From Podarcis bocagei (Eukaryota): a stretch of 64,000 nucleotides of DNA. The stretch lies in the NCBI GenBank assembly GCA_964188305.1, contig OZ076885.1, one strand, 5' to 3'. The notes under the pieces were generated by a model. The model saw only the letters and a list, made by a program, of their open reading frames with translations, did not search any database and was not told the DNA's origin. The translations under genes and the position numbers were made by a program. How positions within the stretch are numbered: the first letter of the stretch is position 1; each line of letters begins with the position of its first letter. Below, one piece after another: positions 10,701 through 22,202 of the stretch.

Positions 10701-13700
10701 TTTTTACTGGTGGGAAGCGAGGAAAATTAAGTAAGATTGATTCAATTTACCGTATTTTTCCATATATAAGTCCATCCTTTTTTGCTAATTGTTTTGAGTC
10801 AAAAACTGGGGGTCGTCTTATACACGGATGGTGAATGCGCTCTGGCTCCGGTGGGGTGGCCTGGGATCAGGATCGGGCTCTGGTGCAGGTGGCCTGGGCT
10901 CAGGTCCAATTTCTTAATTTTGTGTTAAAGAAAATGGGTTGTTTTATACATGTCGGCGTCTTACACTGTATTGGCCCGAATATAAGCCGCACCCTAATAT
11001 AAGCTGCACCTTTAAAATTCGGGGGGGGGGGCGAGAAAAAAAAGACAATATCTGAATATAAGCCACTCCCTTAAAATTCCACAGGCACTTACACCCATTC
11101 CATTTTACTGTATGTCTGTTTCAATAGCGATATCGTAAAAGCCAATTTTTGTAAGGTCACATACTTATGCCGCACTTTAACTTTTCACAGTCGGAATTTG
11201 GAAACAAAAGGGCAGCTTATATTCAGGCCAATATGGTACATGGAAAAATACGGTACTAACAAAGGGCCAAAGACAGCCTTTAACTTCCTAACCCACAACA
11301 TCACCACTATCTCGTCTCATGTAACCTTGTTGCAATAATCTGTCCCTTCAAAAACACTACACTGTTCACTTTTTTTTACTGATACAGAAAACAAAGTAGT
11401 TCGTCTGTCATTTTGGTTTTAGGAGACCAGTGTGGGGAGGAACTCCGTCATGATTAAGACTGGTGTCCTATTTTTAATTGCCTGGGAGTGAACCCCATTG
11501 AACTCGGTGGAGTTTACTTTTGAGTCATCATCTGTAGAATTGTACAGTAATATGGCTACCCTGATATATTGCTTTCAGAAAACTTTGCTTTGAGACAGTA
11601 GGTGCCATACATAGAGCATACTTCCTCCAAGGACTTGAGACTCCCTGGGGATGATGATCATTTCCATTCATGTCAATGCAGGCTCCCATTGGCTTTCAAC
11701 AATTATTTTAGGAATTCAGCTTAACTATAAATGCCAGAAAATCTGTGTTCATATGTAGTGACAAGAATGTGTTTGCATTACATATGTAGACCCTGATGTC
11801 AATAGATTGTGTGCAGCTGCTGCATTTTATGTAAATTTTGCTTCAAAGGGAAAAGGATAAGCCTGAGGTTTACAAAGGGATACAACTTGGAAAGAGCCGC
11901 AATTTTAATAATGCATTAAGCATTTCTTTCAGACATCTTCTGCAGTGGTAGAGTAACATTGTCTTTGATCTGTATCACTGTAAACTTTGTTTCCTGTCCC
12001 TCTGCTGTAGCTAATCCATAAACTAAAGTACAACAATGGTATCATCCTAAAGAGTTTTCTTAAGAGAAAAGTGGCATGTAGGTTAGCCCAGTTTGTGTTC
12101 TTCCTTGGCTTCTGCAAGTTCATTTGTCTACAGGAGTGGTGAAAATTTACAATTCTTTTATCTGATCTTTTAACATACCAACTAGATCAGGCATATGATC
12201 CATATGTTTTTGAACATCCATGAACCCCAGTCAGCGTGGCCAGTGGTCAAGGATGCTGGGAACTGTAGTCAAACACCAGCAGGACACTGTGCTGACTAGA
12301 CAAAGGGGAATTAATGGGTGGCATTCAACTAAGTTTTACTCAGAATAGACTTGGTGAAATTAATGGACCTGACTTAGTCATGTTCTATAATTTCAAAGTT
12401 AGGTTCGTTAATTTCAATAGATCTGTTCAGGGTGAAATTTAGCTGAATTACTCTCCACCCCAATGTTTCTAACCTAAAATCTCTGAAGTAGGAAAATTAG
12501 TAAAGCCATTGCCACCACTATTTTAGAAGAACCTATTTACGTTAGGACTGTAATAGTGTTTATTAACTAAGAAAATAAAGACATGCTAAATTTATTTTAA
12601 AGTTTTGTCTTGCTTTCCTTTAAATCAACCCCATAAATATTTTTATCAGCCCTAAAGATACTGAAGCACTGTTCATTTTTTGTTTGGTTGGTTTTGTTTT
12701 TAAGCTTGCCTTCTAAATGCCAATAAAGCTGGGTGCACTGTTCTCTTTGTATCGTTTTTTGGAGATGAGATTGAGAGCAGGGCTGTCCATGTTCATCTCA
12801 GTAGTGGGTCTGGGGAAGCTGGCTTCTCTGTGAAGTATACTTAAGCGACCCAAGCTACTTAGAGCTTTATAGGCCAAAACGAGCACTTCACATTGTGCCC
12901 AGAAGCAAATGGAGAGCAAGCACAGTTTTAAATTCTGGTGTCCTGCACTTTAATAGAGTTGGCTATTGGAAAAATGGAATGACAGCAAAGAGTGTAAATT
13001 TCACTTCCTTCACTGACACCAGTGTGAAAGTAAAAGAGCTTATAATAATGAGCATCACCCACCCTGATGCATTTTACTTTTAAATGGAATGCATTCTACC
13101 ATATAAATTTCAAAATTTAACTCCCTCCTGTTTTGGTCTTTACAATGGTAACTTGTTGCCACTCGCTTTGCAGAAGCGGAAAATGGATGATGGCGATGAT
13201 GACACAGTCCAAGCCAAAGTTCTGCGTCCTTTGCGAAGCTGTGAGGAACCTTTGACTCCACCACCACATTCGCCTACCCCAATGCTGCAGCTAATACATG
13301 ACCCTGTGTCACCACGAAGCATAGTGACACGGTCCTCTCCGGGGGCCGGTCCTAGTGACCATCACGGGCCCAGCCGGGATGAACGCTTTAAGAGACGCCA
13401 GCTACTTCGGCTGCAAGGCACAGAGCGCACAGTGGTGCGGGAAAAAGAGAACAACCCTAGTGGCAAGAAAGAGCTGTCAGAAGTAGAAAAGGCCAAGCTC
13501 CATGGTTCCTATCTTACAGTCACATTACAAAGACCTACCAAAGACATCCATGGCACTTCCATTGTGCCCAAGCTGCAGGCAATCACTGCCTCCTCCACTA
13601 ATCTGCGGCACTCTCCTCGTGTGGTCATGCGCCAAAGTTCAGCCAGAGAACCCCAGCGGGGTGGAGATGAAGAAGCAGCTGAGGATGAAGAGGAGGAGGA

Positions 13701-16700
13701 AAGTGCAGAGGAGGAAGAGGAAAGTGCAGAGGAGAGTGGGGCAGCCAGACTGAATGGCCAAGGAGGCAGGGCTCCAGATAGTGAGGAAATCTGGATGCAG
13801 AAAGAGGTGTGGATGTCTGTCTTCCGTTATCTCACTCGCAAGGAGCTTTGTGAATGTATGCGTGTATGCAAAACCTGGTACAAATGGTAAGTGACTGCAG
13901 AACTGGATCCGCTGCCTATTTTAATAGTAGTTCTCTCTTTTTCAGAATGTTTTTATTGAACCCCTAAGCCTCTTGGATCCAATTTTGTGTGCTGTACTGC
14001 ATCTTGCAAATTTATATGTAATATGCAAATGTAAAAGGGGCAATTTGGGCAGAAGGCGGAAAGCAACTGTATTTAATAATACAGTGCATAAACTTGTGGA
14101 ATTCATGTCACAGGATGTAGTGTTAGTTGCAAGCTCAGGTGGCTTTTAAAGAGGATTACACAAGGCTGTTGGTGGATTGTAACAGTTACTAAAAATTGAA
14201 TCTCCACCTTCAGCACCAGTATAATGTCTGAGTACCAGGAAAATGTTGTAGACAAAGAAGCTTTTGATTTCTCATTCTTATCTTGCTTTTGAGTTCCCAT
14301 GCCTAGTCACTTCTGAAAACAAAATGGGGTAGAGGGATCTTGATCTGATCTAGTGCAGCCATTCTTAGATAATTATCCTACTAGTCTTTCCTTTCATCAT
14401 TTGGGTATCGTCTGACCAAACTCCATGTGTTGCTCCTTTCTGGTAAAGCTGTGTGTAACCACTAGGAATCAAAATGATGTCCTGGGGCTATTAAATCCTA
14501 AGAACTTGCTTAAGCAACTCTATGCACTTGAGTTGCTAGTTCTATACAACCATTGGACCTAGATTAGATGTAAAATCCTCAGATGGAGGACATGCCATAT
14601 TTTACAATTGGGGAGAATTATACTTTCTCCCTTCGTGTCTTAAGAAGCCCATCTCTGAAAAAGGGAGAGAAGCTGGGAGTTGAACTCCCAGCTTCAGTTT
14701 CCCTAAATGCTTCCATCTTTAAGGAGGACCTGTCTTCAAGCATGAGCAGAAAACCTCAGATTCCTTGCCTCCCCACCCCCCAAAAACTTTCTAAGATGAA
14801 GAGTGATTCAAAGGCTAAAAGTCAGAAAAATGAAGCATGCCCAATTCAAAAAATTCCACAGTGGCAATGTAGAGCAGATAAGATATAGCTATTCTCAGTC
14901 AGCCAGTATACACAAATGTAACTCTTAGCCTTAAGAGTTACCAGTGTAGTATCCCGCCTCAGCCAATTAATTGTATTAGAAAAGACATGTTACCTGCAAT
15001 GAACACAGAATCAAAGCTGAAAGCTTCAAGGATATCCTCTGATAGACCAGAGGCATCCTAAATCTGATACAGAAAAACTTAGATGGCAACCTCATAATTC
15101 AGGAAGCCTTTTACGAGCCAGATTATATTTTTTTTGCCAATATTAATATGCAAATGTCATATCTGGATATAACTTAAGAGGAATATTCCAGCCCTCGAGG
15201 GTCAGCAAGAGCCCTACTACTATGAGGAGTAGATATTTAACTCAGTAGTTGAGCCCCTCAGATTTCAAAGTATGAAGTAATGTTGCCACCCTGGGATCAT
15301 TTGGAAGGAAGGGTGAGGTATAAATGTAATAAATAGGATAGCATCTCAGGTGTTTCAGAATTAGAAGCTTAGGACTCCAAGGAGAATACATGGGCATTGC
15401 TTACCCCTACAGCAAGACAGTCTTACCCCATGTGTATTCCGACCAGCAGTGTGAGAGTCAGAGAAACATACATATCAGAAAGACATTACTTTATTCATTC
15501 ATCAACAACTTCTCAAAAGCACACATTTTTTTAAAGGTGATGATGTAGAATCCCTTAATATAAATTCTCTGTCACAAAGGAATGCAATAATTTTTGTCTT
15601 GGATCAATTAGAAAATATTGTAAGTTTTTTATTAACAAAAGTTTTATTTTCCACCCGATTTTCGTTTGTGACTGCGAATAATGAATTAGCTTTAAAGTGT
15701 CTTACAAGTTTTTCCATTTCCCAAATAAGATTTTGCGGGTTACCTCTACCTTGAATATGTTTACACAGAGAATATCTAGGAGGAGGATGTTAGGAAGGTG
15801 AACATATATCCATCCTACTACATTAATTCCGATTTTCTTTGTTAGATATATAATGTGTAGTTTTCTTGCAGTTAAAGTGTTCTTTGGTTCTATAAAGCTT
15901 CATATATGGAAAAGAATAGACTTGAAGGTGTGTCTAGCAGTAGCCTTCATAGTCAGTTACCTTACTATTTTTCAGTGATCTTCAAGAACCATATTTCTAT
16001 TATCCCTGTGGAAAGAATAAATTTAAGTGTCTCAAAGGAAACACAATATTGTACCAGATACACCTGTTGAAGGGCTGAGGGGAGTTGACTAAGTCCAAGA
16101 GAATAGAATTGGGGTTACCTACCCATCATGGACTGGGGGGGGGGCTTTTCTGTTCTCCTTGGTTTCAAAAGACATAAGTACTACTGCTCAGTAAAAGATC
16201 CTGTCACAAATAATTGGTCAGAAACCAATAAGTATAAAGAGTTTGTGGAAAGGTGTATTTCTAGTCTAATACAGTGTGTTTCAATTAGGTGTGGTGACAG
16301 GAGATTGTGGACGAAGATTGACTTAAGCAGGTACAAGTCCATCACACCTCTGGCACTGGGTGGCATAATCAGGAGGCAGCCAGTCAGCCTTGACCTCAGC
16401 TGGACCAATATTTCCAGAAAACAGCTCACCTGGCTCATCAACAGACTACCAGGTTTGTGTTTTAGGCAGCTGGGTGGGTACATCTTCACTATTTGCTTTA
16501 GTTTCAACATTATTGAGTTAAACTGAACATTCCACTATACAGGTCAACTTTGTGGTGCCTGTGAGTGCAGTGGTACCCTTGAAGTTTCCCCCTGGCACCC
16601 ACTACCTGAACCCCAGCTTACTGGTAGTGAAAGTGGTTACATTCCCCCCTCCAAAAAGTGCATAAAGACAGAAGATGGCAGAGTGACTCCCACTTCAACT

Positions 16701-19647
16701 TCCACCTGTGTGCTTTTCAATGCACAGATTAGTTCTGTTGCAGGCATATCCAACTCCCAAGAAACTGTGATCTACTCCCAGTATAAAAAACTGGCAGTGA
16801 TCTACCCATTGTCATTGGAGGGGGGAGGAGCATGTGTGGGGTGGGTGGATTGCCCAGAGTTGTTGAGCTTTTTGGGGGGAGGATTGCACAGAGTTTTTTT
16901 GCTTCTCCCCTGTAACTTTTTGTACGTGATAAGGATCCCACGATCTACCAGGATCAGCCGGGGATCTACCGGTAGATCACAATCTACTGGTTAGACACCC
17001 GTGTTCTATTGAAACAGACTTTTATGCAGGTTCCTTGGAAAAGCAAATAGTACATACTTATACTCTCCTGGGTCCACTTGCCTGTAGTGGGTATAGTTAC
17101 TCACATACTTGCCACACACAGGAGAAACCACAATGCCCTCTTAAGCTAACCTGTTGCAGGTCAGCTGAGGAAGGGGGTTATCACTCCTCTCAGTTCATCA
17201 GTTGATTGATATGATGACTGAGGTGGAAACAATTTGCATCCTTGTAAGAGCAATGGACACCACACCCCACCCCACCCCCCAGTGCTGTGTCTACTCTTTA
17301 AATTTTTTTCCCCTGCTGCCAGCAGAATCAGTAAAACAGAGCTTTCCAAACTGTGTTGCAACACGTTAGTGTGTTGGTGTGTTGTGCGAATGCTCCCCGC
17401 GCTTCTCCCAGGGCAGGAAAGGGGCTAGTTTAACCTCAGGTTTGCTAGTAAAACTGAATTACTGTGTCACAAAATGAAGCATGTCTAAAAAGTTTGTCAC
17501 CAACATGAAAAGTTTGGAAGCTCTGCAGTGGAGTCTTGACGAGCCTCAAAAATTGGCTCAGGGGCCAAATACATCTCCTAAACTTAGGGTGGGGAAGTCA
17601 TTCCTACTTAACCTGAAATGAGGGCTCAAAATAGATCACTGGTTTTGTTTTACTCTCTGGTGGATTGAAAGTAGTGCCATGCTGTTAACTCTGCATGAAA
17701 CATAACTGTTATGAAGTAGAAGGCACTAATATTTTCCATCGTTTGCTGTGCTACAGGCCTCAAAGACCTCATCTTGGCAGGCTGCTCCTGGTCAGCAGTG
17801 TCTGCTCTCAGTACCTCCACCTGCCCCCTTCTCAGGACACTTGATCTTCGGTGGGCAGTAGGAATCAAGGACCCTCAGATTCGGGACTTGCTCACACCTC
17901 CATCAGATAAGCCCAGTATGTTTTGCCTTCTGGATATACCAGTATGTTGTGCTTGCTAGTGAGGTGGGGAAGGGTGAAAGCTGACAAGAGTTGGATGCAA
18001 TGCAGGTCTTAAAAGGGAAAAATTCTGACCAGAGGGTGTAATTTCTACTTGCATGCTCTAGAGAAACAAGAGACTGTGCCTTCCAACTTACTTGCATATC
18101 TTCCTACAGGCCAAGACAATCGCAGCAAACTCCGTAACATGATAGACTTCCGGTTGGCTGGGCTGGACATAACTGATGCCACACTCCGGCTCATCATTCG
18201 CCACATGCCTCTGCTCTCACGACTTGATCTTAGTCACTGCAATCACCTTACGGACCAGTCAGCCAACCTATTAACAGCTGTGGGGTCTTCCACGCGAAAC
18301 TCGCTCACTGAAATCAACATGGCAGGTTTGTGCATCTTTGATCGTTTTCCCCGACATACTAAGGGCTATGGACCATGTAAAATGGGTGGGAAACCTCTGA
18401 TCTGTTGGCCGCATTTGATCCACCAGCGGTTCAGCTGTGAAGCAGGTAAAGATGTGGCTCCCAATTGTGCATTTGCAAGGGAAAGTGGGCTTTGACTTGA
18501 CCACCCCTCAGCTGGAGCTTTGGAAGCCCTATGCAGTGATCCAGCAGGCAGCTGTCTGTCTGTTCCATCACTGCGAAGGGCTTGCAAAGCTCTTGGTGCA
18601 GAGGTCCTCACCCCACCCAACAGCCAGCTGGCTATTGGGCGCAGCTGCACAGTAGGCAATTCCGCCCACCTTACAAGTTTACCCCTAATGTAAAGGCTGT
18701 ATGCCCTCTTGCCTCACCGAGGTTTCTCTTTTGCTGGAAGAAAGAGAAAATATATCTAAATTTATCCAAGAAGTTTTTGCTCCAGACCAGAGGGATAAAT
18801 GAAGGATTTAGTCCCAGCAGCCTCATGATGAGGCGAGTGTTATTTCCCTTTTTTACAGGCCTCCCCCGCCCTGCAGCCCTCATTGTTTGTGGGGTTAACA
18901 AAATAGTAATCTGAGGCTGCACTTAATCTTCAAGTATTCAGATCTAGATATACTGCAATACTGTCTTCTTTAAAAGTATTTGTAGTGACATATTTGAAGC
19001 TTGTATCCCTATGTAGCAGAAACACACCACCTCAATATGCAATACAGGCTTACAGATCATGCCAGATGGAAAAGGAGCCTTAAGGGAAATAATCATGTTC
19101 TAGCTTTTCTGTCTCCCTCTAGCATAAGAAACTGCTACTAAGGGTCTAATGGTTCACTGTTGCCTGATTCACAAAGAGTGGCTGCCTATGTGTGTCTTGT
19201 CAATACAAAAGTCAGACTTGTTCATATTAAGCTGTCAAAAGTTGTGAGGCTTATCAGGTTGAGGTGTGTTGGTATTCAAACAAGCAAGTGCTCTTAAGAG
19301 TTTGAATAGAAGAATCACACTTGCAAACCAGAAGAATCATTTGTGTAATGTAAGAGTCTGGACACTTCGTATTTTCTGAGTATTTATACCAGTGCATTTG
19401 TTCTCTGAACACCTTTGTGGCACTAGGCATTATGCAAATAATGGCACTTGTCATCTTCTCCACAGGCTGCAATAAGCTCACAGACCAGTCCCTGCTGTAC
19501 CTGCGGCGCATCTCTAACGTCACCCTGATAGACCTGCGTGGTTGCAAGCAGATCACCCGCAAGGCCTGTGAGCACTTCATCTCAGACCTGTCAATCAACA
19601 GCCTCTATTGCCTGTCTGATGAAAAGCTGATCCAGAAAATCAGCTAG
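1..19647 (+). CDS. KDM2A: Lysine demethylase 2A (FBXL11/JHDM1A), multi-exon, 5' part outside window; join(1..12,1419..1545,2046..2443,7709..7792,8282..8548,8831..8962,9053..9142,13174..13886,16289..16452,17757..17915,18110..18325,19466..19647)
   Basis: Spliced translation [20 protein letters not shown]...CXXC ([13 protein letters not shown]...[12 protein letters not shown]), PHD, F-box ([10 protein letters not shown]...), LRRs, ending DEKLIQKIS*. All introns are GT-AG with consistent phases, and the gene is syntenic with GRK2. Confidence 0.98.
380..723 (+). mobile_element. Degenerate L2-type LINE 3' end
   Basis: tttagtgtggtggc..ctttggaattcc motif, T-rich spacer and (AATA)n tail typical of reptile L2 ends; recognised from memory. 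Confidence 0.55.
1419..1545 (+). CDS. KDM2A: KDM2A exon ([16 protein letters not shown]...ESLSM)
   Basis: actgacag| acceptor, G|gtaag donor, phase 1 end. Confidence 0.96.
2046..2443 (+). CDS. KDM2A: KDM2A exon (DMELCGLES...EDALIADVK)
   Basis: tacag| acceptor, AAG|gtatgt donor; contains the conserved [21 protein letters not shown] segment. Confidence 0.96.
4090..4265 (-). mobile_element. CR1 LINE 3' fragment
   Basis: Reverse complement of the CR1 terminus (cacagaatcata..gtagag..ggaagggtccc..catctagttcaacccc); homologous to 23589-23732. Confidence 0.75.
4743..4790. repeat. (GT)24 microsatellite
   Basis: Directly visible. Confidence 0.98.
4980..6230 (+). promoter_or_regulatory. Intronic CpG island, alternative promoter of the KDM2A short form; candidate first exon ends at 5665
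   Basis: Dense CpG/GC block in an AT-rich intron; CCAAT box 5241-5245, GC box near 5968, donor CGCAAG|gtcagg at 5665/5666; same intron as the known mammalian KDM2A-SF promoter. Confidence 0.85.
7709..7792 (+). CDS. KDM2A: KDM2A exon ([28 protein letters not shown])
   Basis: ctatag| acceptor, AAG|gtaaat donor, 84 nt, phase 0-0; not in the ORF track. Confidence 0.95.
8282..8548 (+). CDS. KDM2A: KDM2A CXXC zinc-finger exon; contains the short-form start ATG at 8345
   Basis: LKLQARPK...MKPAPR...[39 protein letters not shown]|gtgagt. Confidence 0.97.
8831..8962 (+). CDS. KDM2A: KDM2A PHD finger exon 1
   Basis: [14 protein letters not shown]...[17 protein letters not shown]|gtaaga. Confidence 0.96.
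9053..9142 (+). CDS. KDM2A: KDM2A PHD finger exon 2
   Basis: [30 protein letters not shown]|gtaaga, after a 90-bp intron. Confidence 0.96.
10750..11253. mobile_element. Tc1/mariner (Tigger-like) MITE with a second MITE (10966-11236) nested inside it
   Basis: Outer TIRs CCGTATTTTTCCAT / ATGGAAAAATACGG flanked by TA; inner TIRs CTGTATTGGCCCGAATATAAGC / GCTTATATTCAGGCCAATATGG. Confidence 0.85.
13174..13886 (+). CDS. KDM2A: KDM2A large exon (disordered linker, acidic tract, F-box)
   Basis: KRKMDD...[29 protein letters not shown]|gtaagt. Confidence 0.97.
16289..16452 (+). CDS. KDM2A: KDM2A exon (F-box end / LRR start)
   Basis: [14 protein letters not shown]...[11 protein letters not shown]|gtttgt. 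Confidence 0.95.
17337..17525. mobile_element. hAT-type MITE
   Basis: TIRs CAGAGCTTTCCAAACT / AGTTTGGAAGCTCTG; flanks only partly similar (cagtaaaa/cagtggag). Confidence 0.6.
17757..17915 (+). CDS. KDM2A: KDM2A LRR exon
   Basis: [18 protein letters not shown]...[10 protein letters not shown]|gtatgt. Confidence 0.95.
18110..18325 (+). CDS. KDM2A: KDM2A LRR exon
   Basis: [22 protein letters not shown]...TEINMA G|gtttgt. Confidence 0.95.
19466..19647 (+). CDS. KDM2A: KDM2A terminal coding exon
   Basis: [15 protein letters not shown]...[12 protein letters not shown]. Confidence 0.97.
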
Positions 19648-22202
19648 AGATTTGCCACACACAGACTGAAGAGAAGGAAAGATCCCAGACAAACCCCTCT
19701 TGGAGAGCAGACCCTTTCCTCCCCTCCCCCGTTTCCCCCACATCCACAGGCAGGGAAGATGCCTGTCTGACTGTGACTGTAATGTCCCTCCTCTCCTTGG
19801 GACTTCTGCAGACCAGAAAATCTCACCAGGCATTTGAGGAAGTGGCGAGATTGCTGGACGGGTGCTCTTGTGGGGTGCTTGCTCATCAGCTACATGCTCT
19901 AACTTGATGTTTTGTAGCAGCATTTTCAAGGGGGACGTGCCCCTTTCCTTTCTTCTCAACCCTTCCCCCTCTACCATTATATCCCACAAAAAACAACTAT
20001 ACTTACCCATCAGATTGTGGGGGGAGGATCAGACCTGGATGGTGTCGAACAGGTGCACTTTTGCACCCTGTTTCCCTGCTGTCTTGGTATGCAATTTCTT
20101 AATATGCCATTGGGCTTGGGAGTCACTTCTCCTGCCCTTCCACACTCTGCTAAGCTTTCTTTCCTTGCCCTTCAGCAGCTGAACGGGCAGCAACTGCTCT
20201 GGGCTGATTACGCAGAGCAGTAGTGTAATGTCTACAGCAGCAGTGCCTCTTGTCTGGTAAGGGACTCTCCATGTGCCCCCAGGTCAGCCTGCAGGCACCT
20301 TCCAACATGAAACTAGAGCGGGGGTGGCTAAGTGTTCATACGGAGGGAACCATGTTCTTGCCGTCAACTTTCCCAAGAAGGGGAGTTAAGCGAGCATGCT
20401 CCTCCTCTGAAAAGATGGCGGCGTTTGTAGAGGGAAAGCTGCAACAGAGCTTGGGGGCTTGGGAGGCACCTAGTGGGATTTCTTACACCAGCGGAAGTGG
20501 TCTCTGTCCCATAGTCTGTGGAAACGAGCATTCTTGGGAGATGCTGGCCGACGAAGAAATGCCTCCATCTTGAGGTGCATAGCTGTTGGCTCTTGAGCTG
20601 GGAGACGGGTCAATGCCCCATTAGCTGCCTCTCTTTCTTTGCAATGAATGGCCGGTCCAAAGAACTTCTCTCTTGGGCAGCAGAGAGCTTTTTGCACTTT
20701 AGAAAGAAAGGTAATATTTTGGAACCCTATTTTATTTCCCCCTGCCCGAGTGACTGGACACTCCTTCCAGCTGTCTGAGCTTGTCAGGGTTTGAATGCAC
20801 ACTTTGCACTCTGCTCTCTTCCCCATAGCGATAGCACAAATTAGACTGCCCTTCACCCCCGCCTCCCCCTCTGAGCCTCGCATGGCAAAAAAGAGCTCTC
20901 CAGTGTCTGCGCAGCAAGGGAAAGGAGGAATCTGGAGGAAAGCCCAATCCACCCTCGCTGCTTCTGAAGCAATAAGGGAGGGGGAGGAATCCACCCCATA
21001 GCTCTCTCAATTGCCCAGCCCGATTGCATTGAATGCTGCGGCACCTGAGCCTCAGGGAAGAGCAGCTTCCCCTGCACTGATGGGGGTGGGGGATAAATAT
21101 CTAGATCTACTGAATCCCAGAGGTTCCCCCTCACTTCCACATGAGGAGCAGGCTTCTTTGCCGAGAGGACAATGCTAGTGTGATGAGTTCCAGAGTGCCT
21201 CAGTACACAGGAGCTTTGCTGCAAATTGAATTTTTCTACAGAAAACACCCACTGATCTTCTTCTAGAAGTGGAAACTCTGCCTTGTTGTGTTGGCTCCTG
21301 TGGAAAAAAAAATTGTAGAATCAATCTCTTGCTTTTGTTTTCTTTCAAAAGAGGAAGGTGAGAATAGCCATAAATAGGAGGTTCAAGTGCATCAGCCCAG
21401 ATAACTCCCACGGAGATCTCTAGGCTCTGGATATTTTGTGTTTTGTTTTGTTTTTCCAAAGTGGGAGCACCTTCACAACTCTCCATATGCATTGGTCAGC
21501 CGGAGAAGTGCTGAAATGCAGCAAGTTGGCATGTCAGGAGCATTAGTCTGGGAAGAATCTCGTCCTGCGGCAAGAGGGATAAAACAAGTAGCAGACTGAT
21601 CGGGTGGGGTATTGGCTTCGCTGTCCTACAGCCTTCTCAAATGTGGCCCTCAAATGACTGTGGCTTAAACTTCAAAGCAAATTGTGATACTTCAATGCCT
21701 AAACTGGCCCCCACTTCAGAGGGCAAGTGATGACATAAAGGAAAGAGAAATTATATATGAAATCACTTAGTGATTTAAAACAAAAACATGCTCCCTAAAT
21801 AAATCTCCCTAAAGAAAGTCACTATTGTCTAAAAGGGTTTGGTTGTTCTTTTGTGTTCTTTTGTTTTTGTTTTTTTGAAGAAATTGTAAATATATATTTT
21901 TTGTTGCTAACTTAGAGTCAATCTCCAATGTTGTGCTTTAAAATTAAATGTAAACATTAAGGGTAAAAGAAACCAAGTCTTGCGCTCTCTCGGTTGACAT
22001 GTTTAGGGTTGGGGGATATTTGGGGCTAAAGGGAGGGGAGCTAGTTGGGATTTTTTCATTTTCTAATCATTTGCCAATATTGGTTTTAGAGAATCTTTCC
22101 TCAAACATATTACCACAGGAATGAGAGACAAGTGAAAGGGGGAAGACAAGATACCAGCCTCTGAAGGGAGACCTTGTTTCATGGGGTGGATTTTGGAATA
22201 AA
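19648..22202 (+). other. KDM2A: KDM2A 3'UTR, with candidate poly(A) signals AATAAA 21798, ATTAAA 21943 and AATAAA 22197
   Basis: Repeat-free sequence after the stop; U-rich terminal block 21840-21960 with a Pumilio element TGTAAATA at 21885-21892; true 3' end not determinable. Confidence 0.7.
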
